A stretch of DNA of 62,510 bases, the filler included. It is 7 parts of 7 records of this genome, joined end to end, with 100 filler letters (N's around TTAATTAATTAA, not from the genome) between each part and the next. Parts side by side here need not be neighbours in the genome. Positions count along the whole stretch, not along the records: positions 1 to 17,380 come from SRR20825019_1142; 6 more parts are not named here. The stretch is one strand, 5' to 3'. Shown in pieces: positions 1 through 9,994 of the stretch (positions are counted from its first letter, which is position 1; each line of letters starts with the position of its first letter). Position numbers and translations under genes: made by a program. The notes beneath the pieces were generated by a model, which saw only the letters and a program-made list of their open reading frames with translations, ran no database searches and was not told the DNA's origin.

Positions 1-56
1 TTGAAGGAATTGCGAATTTCCCGATTGTCCTGGTGACTCGGGAATTCGCAAACGGA

Positions 57-89
57 ATACCAGCGGTCACTTTCAATGACCGCTGGTAT
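57..89 (-). terminator. Hairpin immediately downstream of kdpE
   Basis: Perfect 13-bp inverted repeat ATACCAGCGGTCA/TGACCGCTGGTAT abutting the kdpE stop; a second imperfect hairpin lies at ~10-51. Confidence 0.5.
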
Positions 90-781
90 CAGTCGGCTTC
101 ACGCAGCCGGTAGCCGACACCCGTTTCCGTTGTGATGTATTGCGGTTCTTCGGGGCTCAACTCGATCTTCTGGCGAAGTTGCCGAACATAGACGCGGAGA
201 TACTGCACATCGGCAGAGCCACCCCAGACCGCCTCGAGCAAGTGCCGATGGGTGATGACTTTGCCGGCGTGCTGGACGAGAACGCGCAGGATGTCGTACT
301 CCTTGGGCGACAGCTTGACCTCCTTATCGCCGACCCTGACGATCCGCTTGACGAGATCGACGGAGAGCGCGCCGGTTTGGAATATCGGACGTTCACCCTG
401 TTGCTGGAGCTTGTGACGCAGTGCGACTCGGATGCGCGCCGCCAGTTCCTTTGTGCCGAAGGGTTTGGTGACATAGTCGTCTGCGCCGAGCTCAAGCGCC
501 CTGACGATGCCGGCTTCGTCGGTCCGGCTCGATAGAATGATAATCGGCAGTTCGACCTGCTCGTTGCGCCACCTGGTCAGGAGTTCGTGGCCTGGCATGT
601 CTGGAAGGCCGAGGTCCAGGATGATCAGGTCCGGCTTGTCTGCAGCGACGCTCTCGATCGCATCCCTGGCATTCATCGCTTCAATGACCGTATAGCCCTC
701 GACCGAGAGACCCACGCGCAGCAGTTTTCGGATAGGCACTTCATCATCGACAACGAGTATCCTGACGGTCGGGCTGGTCAT
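89..781 (-). CDS. kdpE: KDP operon response regulator (OmpR family)
   Basis: Receiver domain (ILVVDDE, LDLGLPD, DDYVTKPF) plus winged helix (YLRVYVRQLRQKIE, TETGVGYR); ATG at 781 overlaps the kdpD stop (ATGA). Confidence 0.95.
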   Translation of the reverse strand: MTSPTVRILVVDDEVPIRKLLRVGLSVEGYTVIEAMNARDAIESVAADKPDLIILDLGLPDMPGHELLTRWRNEQVELPIIILSSRTDEAGIVRALELGADDYVTKPFGTKELAARIRVALRHKLQQQGERPIFQTGALSVDLVKRIVRVGDKEVKLSPKEYDILRVLVQHAGKVITHRHLLEAVWGGSADVQYLRVYVRQLRQKIELSPEEPQYITTETGVGYRLREAD

Positions 782-3525
782 CGCACATCTTCCAATCTCG
801 GCAGGGCCGCCGGAACAGGCATTCGGATTGTGAAAACGGCGCCACTGCGATCCGTCCTGTTGGCGGCCGCGATCGTGCCGCCCATCGCCTCGATGAATCC
901 CCGGCATATGGAGAGGCCAAGGCCAGTGCCAGCGAGGACGTGATCGCGCTTGCGGGCACGATGAAAGCTATCAAAGATCCGTTCCAGATCAGCCGATGGA
1001 ATGCCTTGCCCTTCGTCCAGTATCTGGATCATCATCCATCGTCCATCCTCCCAGGCCCGGATCCGGATCGTGGTTTCGGGTGGCGCATACTTCGCCGCAT
1101 TGTCCAGGAGATTGAAGATCGCCTGCTCGAAAAGGACGGGATCAGCCTTGAGCATCGGAAGGTCAGCCGGAACCTCGGTCCGAATTTTATGATGTGACAG
1201 CATCTTTTGCGCCCGGCGGAGCGCCGAGGCCACCATATCGTCGAGATATTGCAGTGAGGCGTTGGGCTCCATCGCACCGGTCTCGATCCGCGACATGTCG
1301 AGGAGATTGGCAATGAATCTGTTCAATCGCTCCGACTCGTCGACGATGGTGGAAAGCATGTCGTTGCGATCCTGCTCAGGAAGCGCCGTCGAATAGTCGC
1401 GGAGGTTTCCGGCCGCGCCGAGAATGGCCGCAAGCGGGGTTTTGAGATCGTGCGATATCGATGCGAGCAATGCCGAGCGCAGTTTGTCAGCTTCCGCCGC
1501 CAGTTTGGCCTTGTCGACATCCGCGACAAGTTGAATACGCTCGATCGCGACCGCTGCCTGGTCGGCCAGTGCGTCCAGCAACCGCTGTTCTTCGGGCGTG
1601 AGCAGTGGGCCCTCCTTGTCACTGTCCAGTCCGACAACGCCCACCGGCGTCTTGCCTGTCGTAAGGGGGACATAGAGGCGGGCGGCGCCCGGCAAGGTAT
1701 CCGCCCCCCGTCCAGCCGGTCGGTTGTGCTCCCACGCCCAGCGTGCGGCCGCTATGTCGGCATCGCCCAGAGTGTCGTCGGGAGGCACGCCCGCCCTGAC
1801 GGCCACAGTGCCATTCTCCGGCAGGAGGATGACGCAGCGCGACTTGAGCATGGTGGCCATCTGATGTGCCGCAGCCCAGAGCACGTCATCCAGCGTGCCT
1901 GCTCCGGCCAGTTTCCGGCTGAAAGAATAGAGAGACTCGGTCGTTCGGGCCCGTATCTTGGCGGCAACTGTCTGCGCTCTGGCGCGAGCTGCGACGTTCG
2001 ACACGATAACAGCCACGATCGTGAAAAAGACGACGGAGACAATCTCGCGCGGCCGCGAGATCAAAAATGTATGGTAAGGATTGGTGAAGAAGAAATTGTA
2101 ACAGGCGGCCGACAATACGCTTGCGTAGAGCGACGGCAACAGGCCGAACCATACGGCGACGGCCACAACACCCGTCAGGAAAATCAGCCCGATGTGCTCG
2201 ACGCCGAGCCACGGCCAGAGGACCATGCCGAAGCCGATCGCCGTGGCAACGACCATCGTCGACTTGAGATAGGCCGTCCAGTCCGGGCGCCAGCGCGGTT
2301 CCGCAACCGCAACGGACGCCCTGGACGCCAGCACGCCCGTCTGCTTGCTTCCGGCCACCACATGAACGCTGATGTCACCGGCATGACGGACAAGCTCGTG
2401 CACAACGGAACCGTGCAGGATCTCGAACCATCGGGACCGGCTGCTCTTGCCGATGACGATATGGGTGATGTTGTTGGCGCGGGCATAGGCAACGACATCG
2501 GCGGAGATGCGACCATCTCCGCCAGGAACGGTCACTGCATCCCCTTCGAGATTCTGGGCCAGACGCAGTGCCGCCGCTACCCGGTCCCGGCCATCGTCAT
2601 CCAGATCCTGAGTGCGCCGCCCCTCGACATAGATCGCAACCCATGGCGCATGCAGTCGGTCCGCGAGCCTTTTGGCGTAGCGCACAAGCCCTGCCGAACG
2701 CGGATCCTCGCTGACGCAAACGAGGATCCGTTCGCCCGCGGGCCATGGACCTTCGATAGCGCCCTGGCGCATCTGGGAGAGCAGTTGTTGATCAACCCGC
2801 TGGGCCGTCTGGCGCAACGCCAGTTCGCGCAGCGCCGTCAGGTTGCGAGGAGAGAAATAGTTTTCGATCGCGCGTTTGGCCGTCCTGGGAACATAGACCT
2901 TGCCTTCATTCAGCCGTCTGATCAGGTCGTCGGGCGTAATGTCGATGATCTCGACGTCATCGGCCTTGTCGAGAATGGAATCGGGAAGCGTCTCCCGCAC
3001 CCGGATACGCGTGATCTGCGCGACCACGTCGTTCAGGCTCTCAAGATGCTGGATATTGAGCGTGGTATAGACGTCAATTCCATGGTCGAGGAGTTCCAGA
3101 ACATCGAGATATCGCTTGGGGTGACGGCTGCCCGGCGCGTTGGTATGAGCCAGTTCATCGACCAGCACCAGCGCGGGATTGCGCTCCAGCACCGCATCCA
3201 GATCCATTTCCTCAAGGATCCGGCCCTTGTATTCGATCCTGGTCCTTGGGATGATTTCGAGGCCGCGCACCAGGGCCTCCGTTTCCTTCCGGCCATGGGC
3301 TTCGACCACGCCTATGACGACATCGTCGCCGTCGGACTTGCGGGCCCTGCCGGACAGCAACATCTCGTAGGTCTTGCCGACCCCGGGCGCGGCGCCCAGG
3401 AAAATCTTGAGACGACCGCGTGTCTCCTGTTCCGCCTTTTCCAACAGGGCGTCAGGAGAAGGTCGTGTTGTATCGCGCGCTAACTCTTCCGAACCCATCT
3501 CGTTATTCCCGCCATTTTGAGGCAA
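778..3525 (-). CDS. kdpD: K+-sensing histidine kinase
   Basis: KdpD domain (GAAPGVGKTYEML, LVDELAHTN), USP domain, 4 TM, GAF, HisKA (SHDLKTPL), HATPase (GTGLGL); start may be ATG 3498. Confidence 0.96.
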   Translation of the reverse strand: MPQNGGNNEMGSEELARDTTRPSPDALLEKAEQETRGRLKIFLGAAPGVGKTYEMLLSGRARKSDGDDVVIGVVEAHGRKETEALVRGLEIIPRTRIEYKGRILEEMDLDAVLERNPALVLVDELAHTNAPGSRHPKRYLDVLELLDHGIDVYTTLNIQHLESLNDVVAQITRIRVRETLPDSILDKADDVEIIDITPDDLIRRLNEGKVYVPRTAKRAIENYFSPRNLTALRELALRQTAQRVDQQLLSQMRQGAIEGPWPAGERILVCVSEDPRSAGLVRYAKRLADRLHAPWVAIYVEGRRTQDLDDDGRDRVAAALRLAQNLEGDAVTVPGGDGRISADVVAYARANNITHIVIGKSSRSRWFEILHGSVVHELVRHAGDISVHVVAGSKQTGVLASRASVAVAEPRWRPDWTAYLKSTMVVATAIGFGMVLWPWLGVEHIGLIFLTGVVAVAVWFGLLPSLYASVLSAACYNFFFTNPYHTFLISRPREIVSVVFFTIVAVIVSNVAARARAQTVAAKIRARTTESLYSFSRKLAGAGTLDDVLWAAAHQMATMLKSRCVILLPENGTVAVRAGVPPDDTLGDADIAAARWAWEHNRPAGRGADTLPGAARLYVPLTTGKTPVGVVGLDSDKEGPLLTPEEQRLLDALADQAAVAIERIQLVADVDKAKLAAEADKLRSALLASISHDLKTPLAAILGAAGNLRDYSTALPEQDRNDMLSTIVDESERLNRFIANLLDMSRIETGAMEPNASLQYLDDMVASALRRAQKMLSHHKIRTEVPADLPMLKADPVLFEQAIFNLLDNAAKYAPPETTIRIRAWEDGRWMMIQILDEGQGIPSADLERIFDSFHRARKRDHVLAGTGLGLSICRGFIEAMGGTIAAANRTDRSGAVFTIRMPVPAALPRLEDVR

Positions 3526-3745
3526 TCAAATGCAAGAGCCAAACAACACAATAGCTTATTGAACATTCGGCCGCCAACTTTCCGGTGTGGATGCGGTCGC
3601 TTGCTCCAAAATACCGCCTCTGGGCCTGCAATCTATCGATCCCAGAGGCGGCATTGATGGTTAGGTCAACTCATGGGTGCGGTGTTATCGGTCTGCGGAC
3701 AAACACCTGGGCCCATGCGTTCGACACCCGTCAAAGCCCCGGCGT

Positions 3746-4300
3746 TCAGTTGATCGCATCCAGCGCGATGTTGAGCTCGAGGACGTTGACGATGCGATCC
3801 GAGGTCAGGAAGCCGCCCGGCGAGAACGCCTCCTGGCGGACGAGCCCCTCAACCTGTCTCCTGTCCAGTCCACGTGCCTCAGCGATCCGGGAGACCTGAT
3901 AGAGCGCGCCTTCCTCGGAGATGTGCGGGTCCAGACCTGCTCCGGACGCTGCCGCAAGGTCGGCCGGGAGCGGATTGTCCCGTGTCGCGCCGTAAAGTTC
4001 CACCAGATCGCGGCCGCGGTCAGCGATATCGGCGCTCGTCGGCGACTTGTTGCTGCCGCCGGCGCCCGCGCCGTCATAGTCGACGGCTGACGGCCTCGGC
4101 CAGAAGTAGCGCGGTTCGGTGAAGGCCTGCGCCACCTGGCGACTGCCGACGACTTGACCGCTCGCTCCGACGATCAGCGAACCATTGGCCGTGTCGGGAG
4201 CGATCGCCTGAGCCACGGCCCAGACGGCGGTTGCATAACCGGCGACACAAATCAGCATGGTCGCCGCGGCGATGCGAATACTTGAGAGAAGAAGTTGCAT
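3746..4300 (-). CDS. kdpC: K+-transporting ATPase subunit C
   Basis: YFWPRPSA, ASGAGLDPHIS and VNVLELNIALD motifs; N-terminal TM. Confidence 0.95.
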   Translation of the reverse strand: MQLLLSSIRIAAATMLICVAGYATAVWAVAQAIAPDTANGSLIVGASGQVVGSRQVAQAFTEPRYFWPRPSAVDYDGAGAGGSNKSPTSADIADRGRDLVELYGATRDNPLPADLAAASGAGLDPHISEEGALYQVSRIAEARGLDRRQVEGLVRQEAFSPGGFLTSDRIVNVLELNIALDAIN

Positions 4301-4316
4301 CTTTCGGATCTCCGGA

Positions 4317-5990
4317 TCAGTTCATGAACATGACGTGTTCGGCAATCGGGCCGAGCGTCGCCGCCGGGAAGAAGGTGAGCGCGCCGATGACGAAGATCGT
4401 CGAAGCGAGCATCGCGGCGAAGACACCGCTTTCGACGCTGAGCGTTCCGCTCGATTCGACGCTGCGACGTTTGGCCGACAGCGAGCCGACTATCGCGAGC
4501 GGCAGGATGATCGGGATGAACCGTGCGAAGAGCATGACGATCCCGGTCGCGATGTTCCACGGCACGGTGCCATCGCCGAGCCCTTCGAAGCCGGAGCCGT
4601 TGTTGGCGCTGGCCGACGTGAACTCGTAAAGCATCTCGGAAAAGCCATGCGGTCCGACATTGTTGAGCGTATCGGCCCCCCACGGCGTCGCCGCGAAGAT
4701 GGCGGTGCCCCCCAGAATGAAGAAGCCGTGCGCCAAAAGCGCGAACAGCGCGAACTTCACTTCCCGCGCTTCCACGCGCCAGCCGAGATATTCCGGGGTG
4801 CGCCCGATCATCATGCCGGCAATGAAGACGCCGACGACGATATAGAGAAACATGTTGATCATGCCGACGCCGACGCCGCCGAAGGTGGAATTGAGCCACA
4901 TGCCGACCATCGGCATCAGGCCGGTCATCGGATTGAGGCTGTCATGCATGGCGCCGACCGAACCGTTCGAGGTCGACGTGGTCAGCACTGACCAGAGCGG
5001 ACCGCCGGTAGCGCCGAAGCGCAGTTCCTTGCCCTCGAGATTGCCGACGGTCTGTTCAATCGGCAGGTTGGCGAAGGCCTGAGTGGGAGCGGATTCGAAA
5101 TAGACCGCGCCGGTGATCTTGAGCGCAATGAAACCCAGCATCACCGCGAATATCACCATGGCGTGGCGCTTGCGCTCGATGATCCGGCCGAACATCCACA
5201 CACAGGCCATGGGGATCAGGATGATGGCGACCATCTCGATAATGTTGGTCCAGAAGCTGGGGTTCTCCAGCGGATGGGTCGAGTTGGGGCCGAAGAAGCC
5301 ACCGCCATTGGTGCCGAGCTGTTTGATCGACACGAAGGCGGCAACCGGACCGCGCGCAATGGTCTGCTGTACGCCTTCCAGTGTTGTCGTGACGGCCGCC
5401 CCGTCGAAAGTCATCGGCACGCCGCCAACAACCAGAAGGATCGCGACGAGGAAAGCGACCGGCAGCAGGACCAGGAGGGACGCGCGCTGCAGGTCGATGA
5501 AGAAGTTGCCGAGCGGCTTTCCGGCAAGCCCGCGGGCGAGCGCGGCGAGCGCCGCGATACCGGTGGCCGCCGAGACGAACTGCAGCCACATCAGGCCGCC
5601 GAGCTGCGACAGGTAGCTGAGCGACACCTCACCCGAATAGTGCTGCAGGTTGGTATTGGAGGTGAAGGACGCCGCCGTGTTGAAGATCAGGCTGCCGTCC
5701 AACGCCCCCTTGCCGTCGGGGTTGAGCGGCAGAAGCTGTTGCAGGGCAAGAAAGCCGAAGGTGACCACGAACATGACGACGTTGAAGACCAGCATCGCGA
5801 CCATGTAGCGCTTCCAGTTCTGGTCTTGCGCGCATACGGAACCGCCGACCGACTGGAAGAGGCGGGTGAGGCCGCCGGCCTCGCCCTTGTTCGGGTCCAT
5901 GGCCCATTTCATGTAGCGGCCGAGCGGCCAGGAGATGAGCGCCGTGCCTCCCACGATGAGGACGACGAAGAGAACGGATTGTGTCAGCAT
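4317..5990 (-). CDS. kdpA: K+-transporting ATPase subunit A
   Basis: Four selectivity-filter motifs NTNLQ, TNGGG, SNGS, NNGS; GRTPEYLG; GPIAEH C-terminus. Confidence 0.96.
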   Translation of the reverse strand: MLTQSVLFVVLIVGGTALISWPLGRYMKWAMDPNKGEAGGLTRLFQSVGGSVCAQDQNWKRYMVAMLVFNVVMFVVTFGFLALQQLLPLNPDGKGALDGSLIFNTAASFTSNTNLQHYSGEVSLSYLSQLGGLMWLQFVSAATGIAALAALARGLAGKPLGNFFIDLQRASLLVLLPVAFLVAILLVVGGVPMTFDGAAVTTTLEGVQQTIARGPVAAFVSIKQLGTNGGGFFGPNSTHPLENPSFWTNIIEMVAIILIPMACVWMFGRIIERKRHAMVIFAVMLGFIALKITGAVYFESAPTQAFANLPIEQTVGNLEGKELRFGATGGPLWSVLTTSTSNGSVGAMHDSLNPMTGLMPMVGMWLNSTFGGVGVGMINMFLYIVVGVFIAGMMIGRTPEYLGWRVEAREVKFALFALLAHGFFILGGTAIFAATPWGADTLNNVGPHGFSEMLYEFTSASANNGSGFEGLGDGTVPWNIATGIVMLFARFIPIILPLAIVGSLSAKRRSVESSGTLSVESGVFAAMLASTIFVIGALTFFPAATLGPIAEHVMFMN

Positions 5991-6017
5991 CGGTAAGTCT
6001 CCGACATCGTTGAAAGG

Positions 6018-6098
6018 TCAGGCGCGGTCGACGGCATTGGTCATGACGAGCAACAGCCCGAAGACCGCCAGGCCGAGAATGAGATAGAGGATGGTCAT
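6018..6098 (-). CDS. 26-aa single-TM peptide between kdpB and kdpA (MTILYLILGLAVFGLLLVMTNAVDRA)
   Basis: Read manually; AGGAG RBS upstream; one hydrophobic helix; co-oriented inside the operon. Confidence 0.7.
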   Translation of the reverse strand: MTILYLILGLAVFGLLLVMTNAVDRA

Positions 6099-6116
6099 GT
6101 GCCGAACTCCTTGTGG

Positions 6117-8189
6117 TCAGGCGAGGCCGATGGCGGTGATGGCGAGGTCGATCGCCTTGATGCCGATGAAGGGCGCGATCAGGCCGCCAAGCCCGTAGAT
6201 GAGAAGGTTGCGCCGCAAAAGCCCGTCCGCGCCGATGGCCTTGTAGGCAACGCCCTTGAGCGACAGCGGGATGAGGGCGATGATGACGAGCGCGTTGAAG
6301 ATGATCGCCGACAGGATCGCGCTTTGCGGCGTTGCCAGCCCCATGATGTTGAGTACGCCGAGTTGCGGATAAAGCGCGATGAACATGGCCGGGACGATCG
6401 CGAAATACTTCGCGACGTCGTTGGCGATCGAGAAGGTGGTCAGCGCCCCGCGCGTCATCAAAAGCTGCTTGCCGATCTCGACGATCTCGATCAGCTTGGT
6501 CGGATCGGAATCCAGATCGACCATGTTGCCGGCTTCGCGCGCGGCAACCGTGCCGGTGTTCATCGCCACCCCGACATCGGCCTGGGCGAGCGCGGGGGCG
6601 TCGTTGGTGCCGTCGCCGCACATGGCGACGAGCTTGCCCTTGGCCTGCTCCTCGCGGATCAGCGTCAGCTTGTTTTCCGGTGTGGCCTCGGCGAGAAAAT
6701 CGTCGACGCCGGCCTCGGCAGCGATCGCCGCCGCCGTCATCGGATTGTCGCCGGTGATCATCACCGTGCGAATGCCCATGCGGCGCAGCTCGGCGAAACG
6801 CTCGCGAATGCCGCCCTTGACGATGTCCTTGAGATGGATGACGCCGAGCAGCACGCCATCCTTGACGACAGCAAGTGGCGTACCGCCGCTCTTGGCGATG
6901 TCGTTGGCGATCATATCGAGTTCGCGCTTGCTCTCGGCGCTGGTGCGCGTCGATCCGTTCGCGGCCGATGCCTGTTCGACATATTTCAGAACGGCGTCGA
7001 CGGCGCCCTTGCGGATCGACGACCCGTCAAGGTCGACGCCCGACATGCGGTTCTGCGCGGTGAACGGCACGAAAGTCGCGTGCAGCGACTGCATGTCCCG
7101 CCCGCGAATGCCGTATTTGTCCTTTGCGAGCACGACGATAGAGCGGCCTTCCGGCGTCTCGTCGGCGATGGAGGCAAGTTGCGCCGCGTCGGCCAATTCC
7201 TGTTCGGTGACGCCTTTTACCGGACGAAATTCGGTTGCCTGGCGGTTGCCGAGCGTGATCGTTCCGGTCTTGTCGAGCAACAGCGTATCGACGTCGCCTG
7301 CCGCCTCGACGGCACGGCCCGACATGGCGAGCACATTGAAACGCACCAGTCGGTCCATGCCGGCAATACCGATTGCCGATAGCAGCGCGCCGATCGTCGT
7401 CGGGATCAGCGTTACGAACAGCGCCACCAGTACGATGATCGGAATGGACCCGCCGGCATAGGCGGCGAAGGCGGGGATCGTAGCTGTCGCCATGACGAAG
7501 ATCAGCGTCAGACCGGCAAGCATGACGTTCAGCGCGATTTCGTTCGGCGTCTTCTGACGCTCGGCACCCTCGACGAGGGCGATCATGCGGTCGATGAAGG
7601 TGGAGCCCGCCTCGGCCGTGATCCTGACCTTGATCCAGTCGGACAGCACTTGTGTGCCGCCGGTCACCGCCGAACGGTCGCCGCCGGACTCACGGATGAC
7701 CGGTGCGGACTCGCCCGTGATCGCCGCCTCATTCACCGAGGCGATGCCCTCGATGATCTCGCCGTCGGACGGGATGATATCGCCCGCCTCGACCAGCACG
7801 ACATCGCCTGCCTTCAGGCCCGTTCCGGGTACGAGCTTGACCTCGTTGCTGCCCGGATTGGAAAAGAGTTTGGCCTGGGTCTCGGTGCGCGAACGGCGAA
7901 GCGAGTCGGCCTGCGCCTTGCCGCGCCCCTCCGCGACCGCTTCCGCGAAGTTCGCGAACAGGATCGTGAACCAAAGCCATAGAATGATCTGGAAGGAAAA
8001 GCCGAGATCCGCAGCGCCGGTCGCGACGTCCTTGAGGAACAGCACTGTCGTCAGAACCGAGACGACGCCGACGACGAACATCACCGGGTTCTTCGCCAAC
8101 GTACGCGGATTAAGTTTTCTGAATGCGCCCCCAAGCGCGGGGATAAGAATGCGAGCATCGAACAGGCTCGCGGATTGAGACTGGCTCAT
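6117..8189 (-). CDS. kdpB: K+-transporting P-type ATPase subunit B
   Basis: TGES, DKTGT phosphorylation site, [31 protein letters not shown] before ATG 8189 (MSQSQ). Confidence 0.97.
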   Translation of the reverse strand: MSQSQSASLFDARILIPALGGAFRKLNPRTLAKNPVMFVVGVVSVLTTVLFLKDVATGAADLGFSFQIILWLWFTILFANFAEAVAEGRGKAQADSLRRSRTETQAKLFSNPGSNEVKLVPGTGLKAGDVVLVEAGDIIPSDGEIIEGIASVNEAAITGESAPVIRESGGDRSAVTGGTQVLSDWIKVRITAEAGSTFIDRMIALVEGAERQKTPNEIALNVMLAGLTLIFVMATATIPAFAAYAGGSIPIIVLVALFVTLIPTTIGALLSAIGIAGMDRLVRFNVLAMSGRAVEAAGDVDTLLLDKTGTITLGNRQATEFRPVKGVTEQELADAAQLASIADETPEGRSIVVLAKDKYGIRGRDMQSLHATFVPFTAQNRMSGVDLDGSSIRKGAVDAVLKYVEQASAANGSTRTSAESKRELDMIANDIAKSGGTPLAVVKDGVLLGVIHLKDIVKGGIRERFAELRRMGIRTVMITGDNPMTAAAIAAEAGVDDFLAEATPENKLTLIREEQAKGKLVAMCGDGTNDAPALAQADVGVAMNTGTVAAREAGNMVDLDSDPTKLIEIVEIGKQLLMTRGALTTFSIANDVAKYFAIVPAMFIALYPQLGVLNIMGLATPQSAILSAIIFNALVIIALIPLSLKGVAYKAIGADGLLRRNLLIYGLGGLIAPFIGIKAIDLAITAIGLA

Positions 8190-8229
8190 GCGTGACTCCA
8201 GCATGTTGGTCAATGACGGTTTGGCCCGT

Positions 8230-8418
8230 TCAGCCGTGCCCGAGAAGGTCAGCAAGAAACCGGGCGCCGAACACGAGCAGCAGCATCGCCACGGTCATGG
8301 CGAGGATGATGTTCGATGCCCGGAGATGCTTTTCCGATGTCAGGAATTCGGCTCGCGGATTGAAGGATTTGAGGAACTGTCCAAGCCGTTCCCCGATGGT
8401 CCGTGCCGCCTGTTTCAT
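8230..8418 (-). CDS. 62-aa membrane protein resembling the KdpB N-terminus and TM1
   Basis: Intact ORF between kdpF and kdpB; AR-x5-LG-x6-NPR spacing identical to the KdpB N-terminus; C-terminal TM. Confidence 0.55.
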   Translation of the reverse strand: MKQAARTIGERLGQFLKSFNPRAEFLTSEKHLRASNIILAMTVAMLLLVFGARFLADLLGHG

Positions 8419-8438
8419 CGGACTGGACCTTCGGGAAC

Positions 8439-8528
8439 TCAGAAGCGCTCCGGCCGAAGCAGTGCGTAAATCAGATAGGCGGCGACGAACAACGTCACCG
8501 CGCCGCTGAGAAAGTACTCAAGTATCAT
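8439..8528 (-). CDS. kdpF: K+-transporting ATPase subunit F (MILEYFLSGAVTLFVAAYLIYALLRPERF)
   Basis: 29 aa, diagnostic YL.YALLRPERF C-terminus, AGGAG RBS; too short for the ORF track. Confidence 0.92.
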   Translation of the reverse strand: MILEYFLSGAVTLFVAAYLIYALLRPERF

Positions 8529-8713
8529 TTGTCGCATCTCCTTGTCCGGTGGGCTACTTTCGACCCACACTTGTCACTGAGCGTTATAATCACAAGGTGG
8601 AATGCCCATTGCGAAAGTGCACGGAGACCTAATCCTCCGTGCCCGCTCACTGAACTTGGCGACAATATGGCGCTGAACTGCATAAGCGTTCGAGAGTGGC
8701 GAAGAGATCAAGA

Positions 8714-8733
8714 CATAAAAATCTCATATGAAA
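8714..8733 (-). promoter_or_regulatory. Possible KdpE-binding site of the kdp promoter
   Basis: T-rich imperfect direct repeat TTCATAT-GAGA-TTTTTAT on the minus strand ~190 bp upstream of kdpF, resembling KdpE boxes. Confidence 0.3.
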
Positions 8734-9149
8734 AGCGCGAATTTTCGATAGGCTGGGGGGCAGAGAGAGGTGCTCGCCTGCTCAAAGTGTCGATGAGTTG
8801 CGGCTTGTCCGAACCGTTGTTGCGGGCCGGTCGCCATGGACGAGCATCATCGTCCACAGCGTGCTGATGACCTCCAGCGTGTTCCTGGCTCTGGTGATTG
8901 CCCACCTGGCGCTTCGTCTCGATCATCAGGCCACTTTGACCGTGACATTTCTGACGCCCGGGTTTGTCCAGCATTGGCATGTCTTCGACATGGCCGGCAG
9001 ATCGGCCGGTCTGCTGAACAATGAAGTCACTCGAAATCCCTGGGTTTTATCAAGTTAAATGTCCGGTCAGGGGTGGATTTCAGACTGTTCACTTCTGGCT
9101 GCAGAATCCGAGTAGCTGGCGTTTAGAACGCCAGATTGCTGGGAGGATG

Positions 9150-9344
9150 TCAATGAGCGTTCAAAACTGAATATATTTCGAACGCCTTGCGGGCGGCTGA
9201 AACTGCTTTGTCGACGTCACTGACATCGCCCAACGCGACCCGGCCAACGACGGATTCGTCTGCGGGATTGATAACGTCCACCACATCATTGCCGGCTGGC
9301 TGTACCCACAACCCGTTGATGTAGAATTCAAGATTATTACGCAT
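9150..9344 (-). pseudogene. Aldehyde dehydrogenase N-terminal fragment
   Basis: FYINGLWV, VINPADE, DVDKAVSAARKAF, then stops at 64 aa. Confidence 0.85.
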
Positions 9345-9377
9345 AGGAAAGCTCCATCGTTTCGTGATAGAGCCATA

Positions 9378-9442
9378 AGTATATATTGTAGACTAGGCGT
9401 CAATCAGGCACTTTAAATAGCGCTGGTAGGGTTGGAGATACC
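9378..9442 (-). promoter_or_regulatory. 65-bp conserved promoter/operator, copy A (upstream of the ALDH fragment)
   Basis: Aligns without gaps to 9876-9940 and 13023-13087. Confidence 0.7.
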
Positions 9443-9500
9443 AGGCCAGTCCCACCTCTTCCTGCACCGCCGCTTTTGCAGCCTCGCCATCGCACCGCGT

Positions 9501-9872
9501 CTATTTGCTGTTCATAGCGTCGAACGCCTCCCGTGCGGCATCAACCTCGGGCAGCTTTTCGAGCGTCCACTCGTGCAGGGCTCGAAACGGCTGCTGCAGT
9601 GTTCGCCCAAGTGGCGTGATCTGATACTGAACCGCAACCGGCGAAAGCGAAATAACGTCTCGCGCGATCAAACCGTTGCGTTCCAACCGGCGAAGGCACT
9701 GGGTAAGCGCCTTCTGAGTGACGCCTTGCAGCCTGCGACGGATAGCGTTGAACCGCAGCGGTCCGTCGTCGAGCACGGCCAGAACCATCATCGACCATTT
9801 GTCGGCGATCTGATCGAATAATGCCCGGCTCGGGCATTCTGACGAAAAGCAGAGGGGTTCAAGTTCAAGCAT
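9501..9872 (-). CDS. HxlR/DUF24-family winged-helix regulator
   Basis: CPSR..FDQIADKWS, LRFNAIRR, GVTQKALTQCLRRLERNGLI, VQYQITPLG; N-terminal Cys residues. Confidence 0.92.
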   Translation of the reverse strand: MLELEPLCFSSECPSRALFDQIADKWSMMVLAVLDDGPLRFNAIRRRLQGVTQKALTQCLRRLERNGLIARDVISLSPVAVQYQITPLGRTLQQPFRALHEWTLEKLPEVDAAREAFDAMNSK

Positions 9873-9875
9873 GGT

Positions 9876-9940
9876 AGTTTCCTTCAATATACCAAGGCGA
9901 TTTTAGGTGCCTGAATGACGCCAAGTCTACAACGTATACC
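9876..9940 (+). promoter_or_regulatory. 65-bp conserved promoter/operator, copy B (between the HxlR gene and the OYE pseudogene)
   Basis: 46/65 identical to copy A by hand count; lies in the divergent promoter of the regulator. Confidence 0.7.
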
Positions 9941-9994
9941 ATACTTCATAATTGAAAACAGAGTCTCTGTCACGCCCATCCCGATTCCAGCAGC

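Noticed and set aside
1450..3483. 677-aa plus-strand ORF and many similar long antisense ORFs
   Set aside because: Shadow ORFs of high-GC genes (here kdpD) with no recognisable motifs.
8798..9130. 86-aa hydrophobic ORF and short hairpins upstream of the kdp promoter
   Set aside because: No clear start, RBS or family motif; probably a gene or mobile-element scar that I cannot support.
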